DNA of 64,000 nucleotides from Zancudomyces culisetae HAW-14-8 (lineage: Eukaryota; Fungi; Kickxellomycota), in the NCBI GenBank assembly GCA_052426225.1, contig JBNJNM010000013.1, forward strand, positions 124,001 through 188,000, read 5' to 3'. Positions 59,361-64,000 of this stretch are shown here, piece after piece. The notes below the pieces were generated by a model. That model did not search any database, was not told the origin of the DNA, and was given only the letters and a program-made list of their open reading frames with translations. The position numbers and the translations under genes are program-made. Each line of letters starts with the position of its first letter. Position 1 is the stretch's first letter.

Positions 59361-62300
59361 TTAGAATCTGTAATCAATAGCCAATTGGCCAGATTGGAGA
59401 GCAGCATCAGAAAGAATTGATTTGATCTGTGACTTGGCTGATTCAACTGAAAACTCGGAATTCCCTTCAATTCTCAAGTACAACTTGCGTTCATTAAGGT
59501 ACGCGTGTTTGGAAGAAAACAAAGATGAATGCGCCGAAGATTTGCCTCCACTACCTCCACCAGAAGAAGATGATGAAGGCATATGTATACCTTTCACAGT
59601 AATGGCCACACCAGTGGATTCAGAAATTTGGCTTAGGGCTTCTCTGTTGGTGACTTTCCAGCGAACCTTTTGTGGATAGTCGTTGATTTCAACCTCAGCA
59701 AAGAATTCCGCAGCACGTAAATCATCATTTTGCAATACAGACGACCTGTTTGCCGTAGAAGAAGAGCTACTGTAGCCCAATTCTGCGTTGATCTGGTCAA
59801 TGACATTTGTAAACTGTCGAGGCGCGGGATTGGCCGGCAAAGCAGACTCGGCATTTTTGGAAGCGCCGGGAGTGTTTGCAGCGCCGGTTGTGGTTGACAT
59901 GCTGGATGAGGAGGCATTGAACTTGGAAGCAGCTTCCTGTGCGGCTTTTAGAGCAGAAATGACAGACGAAGAGGCACGGAGCGTGGAGCCAGAAGAAGGT
60001 TGCTCGCCCGAAATAGGTCTAGCTTGGCGATCGTGTTCAGGTCCAAGCGCCTGATCTTGTTCTTCTTCATCGTCTTCATCCTGGTCATCGCCCTCGCCAT
60101 AGGTTAGACGCTGCATTTTCTTGATGTTTTCACGCTCAACAACGAACCGTTCCAGGCCGTGACCGCCAAAGCCACCCAGCCGCCTGTTGTTGTAGCTTTT
60201 AACAGTTCCAAGCTTAACATCCTCCAAAAACGATTCGGCGAGTGCTTTGAGCTCAGGCGATACTGCTGCACCTGAGGCATTCAGGGAATTGACCAGATCG
60301 ACGGCATACTTGCCCTGATCGGGAGTAACAAAAGTAATGGCAACACCCTTGTTTCCGGCACGACCAGTGCGCCCAACTCTGTGGACATAGTCTTCCATGT
60401 GGTTTGGGCAGTCATAGTTGATAACCATCGACAGGTTTTTGACATCCAGCCCACGTGCGGCAACAGAAGTAGCAATCAAAAGGTTGAAAACACCAGCCTT
60501 GAAGTCGACAATTGTCTGGTCGCGGTCGGACTGGTCCTTGCCGCCATGTAGCGAATTGCACACGTATCCCTTTTTCAACAAATCCTTCAGCAAGTTGTCT
60601 GCCGCCTCTTGTCGCTCCACAAATACCAGCACGCTTGCACCTTCATTGTTGTTGAACTGGTTGCCCAGGATCCGCAGCAACTCAATAAACTTCTCGTCGT
60701 ACTCAACTATTTGTACATGCTGCTCGACATCCGAACACACCACCGACCGCCCTCCAACCGAAATCTCCACCGGCCGATGCAGAATCTTGCGCGCCAACGC
60801 CTCCATTTGTCTGGGAAATGTTGCTGAAAACAACACTGTCTGCCGGTCTGGTCGAATATTCGTCACAATTTTCATCACCTGTGGTTCAAATCCCATATCA
60901 AACATCCGGTCTGCCTCATCAAGGACTAAAAACGTCGCCCGTCGCAGATTTGTTACCCGCCCACCATTTGCTGCTAGCAAGTCAATCATCCGCCCAGGCG
61001 TACACACCACTATTTCTGCCCCACGCTTAAACTCCGCAATCTGGTCTTTAATTGGCGCTCCACCATACGCACTTACCGTGCGAATCCCCAGTCCCTTTCC
61101 AAAGATGCGACACTCCTTCCCTATTTGCATTGCTAGTTCGCGTGTCGGTGTCATCACCACTCCTATCGGCCCCTCTCCATTTCTCAGCTCCCGTTGTCCC
61201 TTGATATGCCTCAGCATCGGTAATACAAAAGCAAGTGTCTTTCCGCTGCCTGTCTTGGCTATCCCAATCACATCCCGTCCCATAAGTATCGCTGGTATCG
61301 CTTGCGCCTGGATTGCTGTGGGCTTTTCAAAGCCTGCCTTGGTTATCGCCTGGAGAACTGTGTTGTTTAAACCAAAATATGTCCATTTGGTCGCCGGATG
61401 CGGTGCATTCACACCTCGTACTCTTATCCCATCTAGCTCTCGTCGCATCTCCTCTACTTGCTCCTTTGTCAGTTCTTTTAGTTCCTTAGGCTCCACATAA
61501 AACTTTTTTTCTATATCTTCGTACTCTATTTTGCTATGCTCAACTGCAATCACATCCTTTTTCTTGGCTCTGCTCACTGCGAGTCCCAGTACATCCTTCC
61601 CTTTCCCTTCCCATCCCTCCTCTTCTTCGTTATCTGAATTTATTCTCCCCAGTTCACCTGGTGTATCCTTGATCTCTTCCATCGGGTTTAGCTGAATTTC
61701 CTCCATAAATGCCTCCAAACTATCAACTTCTTTTTCTTTCTCTTCCTCTTCCTCCTTCTCCTTCTCCTTCTCTTTCTTCTCGGGTTCGTCATTCCCTTCT
61801 TCTTTTCTTTCACCTTCCCCTTCCCCCTCCTTTTCCTTTACTTCCTCTATATCTTTTTTCTGTATCTCTTTTTCTATTTTTGGCAACTTTTTATCTAAAG
61901 CCCTTACTCCAGATTTTCCTTCCTCTCCCCCAAACAACTTTTTAGCACGCCCATTATTCAATCCCAACCCCTTTATTTTCTTGTTCATCGTCATTACCAA
62001 CTTCATTTTTGTTTTCCCCTCACTCTTTTGTTCCATCTGTGCATGATCCTCTGGTGCCTTCTCTTCCCTCGATTCCATTTGTTTTTCTTTAACAATTTTA
62101 TCTTCGACTTCATCTTTCTTTTTTTGTGACGAATCATCCACAACTTGAATCCACTTGACACTATTCGCCCTATCCTCCTCCTCTTTTTTCTGTCGAGCCT
62201 TTTGCTCCATGAATGCCGCCATTCTCTGTCGCCTGTCAATTACCTTGTTTGTACCCCCACTACCTTCAATTGTTCCTTCTCCTTCTCCTTCTCCTTCTTC

Positions 62301-62870
62301 TCCCTTTCCCTCTCCCTCTTCGCCCCCTTCTTCGATCTCTTTTCGCTTTTCTTTGTTTTTTTGCTCCTCTTTTGCTCTTTTCTTTTGACGCCAAGCTTCC
62401 AGCTTTTCTCGTCTGCTTAGCTCCTTGTCCTTTTCCTCCCCCTTTTCATGATCATTTTGATCATTTTTTTCTTTATTTGTGTGAAGCGCAGCAAGTTCTT
62501 TCTCGATTTTCAGTTTTTCTAAAATCTTTTTGTTCAACTCGTTCTGTGGTTTTTGCTCTTGCTCTCTCTCTTGCTCTTTCTCGTCTCTGTTCAGTTCAAC
62601 CCTCCCCTTGGTCTCCCTTTCATCTCTATACCTTTTACTTTTACCCCTATCTTTACTCCTACTTCTACTCCTACTTCTACTCTCATCCTTTCTATACTCC
62701 CTCCTCCTATCCCTCCCTCGCTCCCTTTCGCTTTCCCTCTCTCTTGTTCCATTTCTATCTTCATACCTATATCGTTTTTCTCCTCTTCTCTCTCTCTCTG
62801 TACTTCTCGACCGGCTCCTCCATTTTCTTTTGAATTCTCTATCCCTTTCTCTATCTTTTTCTCTAGCCAT
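59361..62870 (-). CDS. PRP5: Pre-mRNA-processing DEAD-box helicase Prp5/DDX46
   Basis: RS/RE-rich N-terminus, DSLEAFM (DPLD-like), AKTGSGKT, PTRELA, DEAD, SAT, HRVGRTGRAG and C-terminal EINDYPQKVRWKVTN. Confidence 0.96.
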   Translation of the reverse strand: MAREKDRERDREFKRKWRSRSRSTERERRGEKRYRYEDRNGTRERESERERGRDRRREYRKDESRSRSRSRSKDRGKSKRYRDERETKGRVELNRDEKEQEREQEQKPQNELNKKILEKLKIEKELAALHTNKEKNDQNDHEKGEEKDKELSRREKLEAWRQKKRAKEEQKNKEKRKEIEEGGEEGEGKGEEGEGEGEGTIEGSGGTNKVIDRRQRMAAFMEQKARQKKEEEDRANSVKWIQVVDDSSQKKKDEVEDKIVKEKQMESREEKAPEDHAQMEQKSEGKTKMKLVMTMNKKIKGLGLNNGRAKKLFGGEEGKSGVRALDKKLPKIEKEIQKKDIEEVKEKEGEGEGERKEEGNDEPEKKEKEKEKEEEEEKEKEVDSLEAFMEEIQLNPMEEIKDTPGELGRINSDNEEEEGWEGKGKDVLGLAVSRAKKKDVIAVEHSKIEYEDIEKKFYVEPKELKELTKEQVEEMRRELDGIRVRGVNAPHPATKWTYFGLNNTVLQAITKAGFEKPTAIQAQAIPAILMGRDVIGIAKTGSGKTLAFVLPMLRHIKGQRELRNGEGPIGVVMTPTRELAMQIGKECRIFGKGLGIRTVSAYGGAPIKDQIAEFKRGAEIVVCTPGRMIDLLAANGGRVTNLRRATFLVLDEADRMFDMGFEPQVMKIVTNIRPDRQTVLFSATFPRQMEALARKILHRPVEISVGGRSVVCSDVEQHVQIVEYDEKFIELLRILGNQFNNNEGASVLVFVERQEAADNLLKDLLKKGYVCNSLHGGKDQSDRDQTIVDFKAGVFNLLIATSVAARGLDVKNLSMVINYDCPNHMEDYVHRVGRTGRAGNKGVAITFVTPDQGKYAVDLVNSLNASGAAVSPELKALAESFLEDVKLGTVKSYNNRRLGGFGGHGLERFVVERENIKKMQRLTYGEGDDQDEDDEEEQDQALGPEHDRQARPISGEQPSSGSTLRASSSVISALKAAQEAASKFNASSSSMSTTTGAANTPGASKNAESALPANPAPRQFTNVIDQINAELGYSSSSSTANRSSVLQNDDLRAAEFFAEVEINDYPQKVRWKVTNREALSQISESTGVAITVKGIHMPSSSSSGGGSGGKSSAHSSLFSSKHAYLNERKLYLRIEGNSEFSVESAKSQIKSILSDAALQSGQLAIDYRF

Positions 62871-63261
62871 CGCTATTCATTCTATTGTTTGATTTTTTAT
62901 TACTATTTTCTAATCGCGTGAAAATATTTATACTAAAAATATTTACCCACAATCACGAGCTGAATGTCGATTTATTTTTCTTTGGTATCCGTGACCTTAA
63001 TACTTTACATAATAAAAATTATATAAAAAAATATTTTCAAAATCATTACATTTCACATTAGCCAACATTTCATCTAGTCTTGAACTCAAACCTGGATAAT
63101 ACCCACCAAAGACTCTTCGATGAATGTTTTTTTGAATAATTAGAGCACTCAAAAGCATCAAAATGACCTTTTTAACAGGTTTGGTGTTTATTTGGCTTTT
63201 TAAAATAAGCAAGAAATACAACTTTATCAAACAAATCCTAATATATCACCAATTAACATTA

Positions 63262-64000
63262 CTACAAAATCCCAGGAAAAATAGCATATCTGTTACTAGG
63301 ATATGCACTACCAAACTTCCGTTTATACCATCTGTGAGTTTCTATTGCTGAAATTGATAAATTTACAGATACCCACATCAGTACAAACCCAACAGTTATG
63401 TTAGTCAGCCCGGACAACATCCAAAATGATAGATACATCAATATCTCTCCAAGATAATGCGGCGAAGATACTTTTTCAAACATCCCACCAACTGGAATAT
63501 TATACACTCTTTCGGGACCCTTAGATTTAGAAACTGTGCTTTCAGTAGTATCTTTTGGTGTCCTTAGTTTAAAGAGTATGGTGTGGCTTTTGGTTCTCAT
63601 AATTACCGAATAAGTATACAATACCAAGCCGAGTATAAATATCACCTGGTTTGTCGAAGAAATATTATCTATAAATGTAAAATGCATATATTACTTCATT
63701 AGGTTCTTTACACTCTTTCTTTCTTTTTCGGATTAGGTTTGGATAAAACTAAATGTTAATTGTTTTAATGACTTACTTTCAGCATATACTCCTTCAATTA
63801 CTAGGCTTATCGGAGTAACAACATAAAACGCTAGTCCAACAATAAAGTGCCCCAAATGCATCCTTGCTTCTGATGTTGGTTGGAAAAAGACGGTCTCACA
63901 AGCTCTAATTATAACATGTATGTTGTACAACCCCAATATTAGCACTAGTTCTTTACTGATTCTATCAGCCAACTGTGCACACGCTTCGGATGGAAGTTTG
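63262..64000 (-). CDS. DFG10: Polyprenol reductase / steroid 5-alpha-reductase family (Dfg10/SRD5A3), 3' part; intron ~63670-63775
   Basis: HVIIRACE, ARMHLGHFIVGLAFY, HTILFKLR, YNIPVGGMFEKVSSPHYLGEILMY and NLSISAIETHRWY. The gene runs off the right edge. Confidence 0.9.

Overview
AT-rich eukaryotic (fungal) genomic DNA with short GT-AG introns, about 23 protein-coding genes, and no recognisable rRNA, tRNA, CRISPR array or intact transposon. Gene content and style resemble an early-diverging fungus, possibly a Harpellales insect-gut fungus such as Zancudomyces or Smittium. That assignment is an inference only. Most genes are housekeeping: a LYAR-type Zn finger (missed by the ORF track because it is split into three exons), NMT1, GTPBP1/2, a ZIP zinc transporter, an aldo-keto reductase, EMP70/TM9SF, a YdfG-like SDR, PEX2, an FHA checkpoint kinase, VMA3, a CCCH protein, a RIB2-type deaminase, TIP41, APM1, FAB1, a PBP2-like KH protein, OST3/6, PRP5 and DFG10. 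The most interesting accessory elements are: (1) a secreted dumbbell-shaped mucin-like protein whose two terminal domains are homologous to each other and resemble the animal-typical Methyltransf_FA (FAMeT) domain; (2) a tandem pair of small potato-I/I78-type protease inhibitors with different predicted P1 residues (Leu vs Arg); (3) an orphan secreted protein with a Kex2-type KR site next to the ZIP transporter; and (4) a ~250-nt candidate structured RNA at 27.3-27.5 kb. Items 1-3 could together be a host-gut interface toolkit, but this is a hypothesis. Exon boundaries were read by eye and may be off by a few bases.
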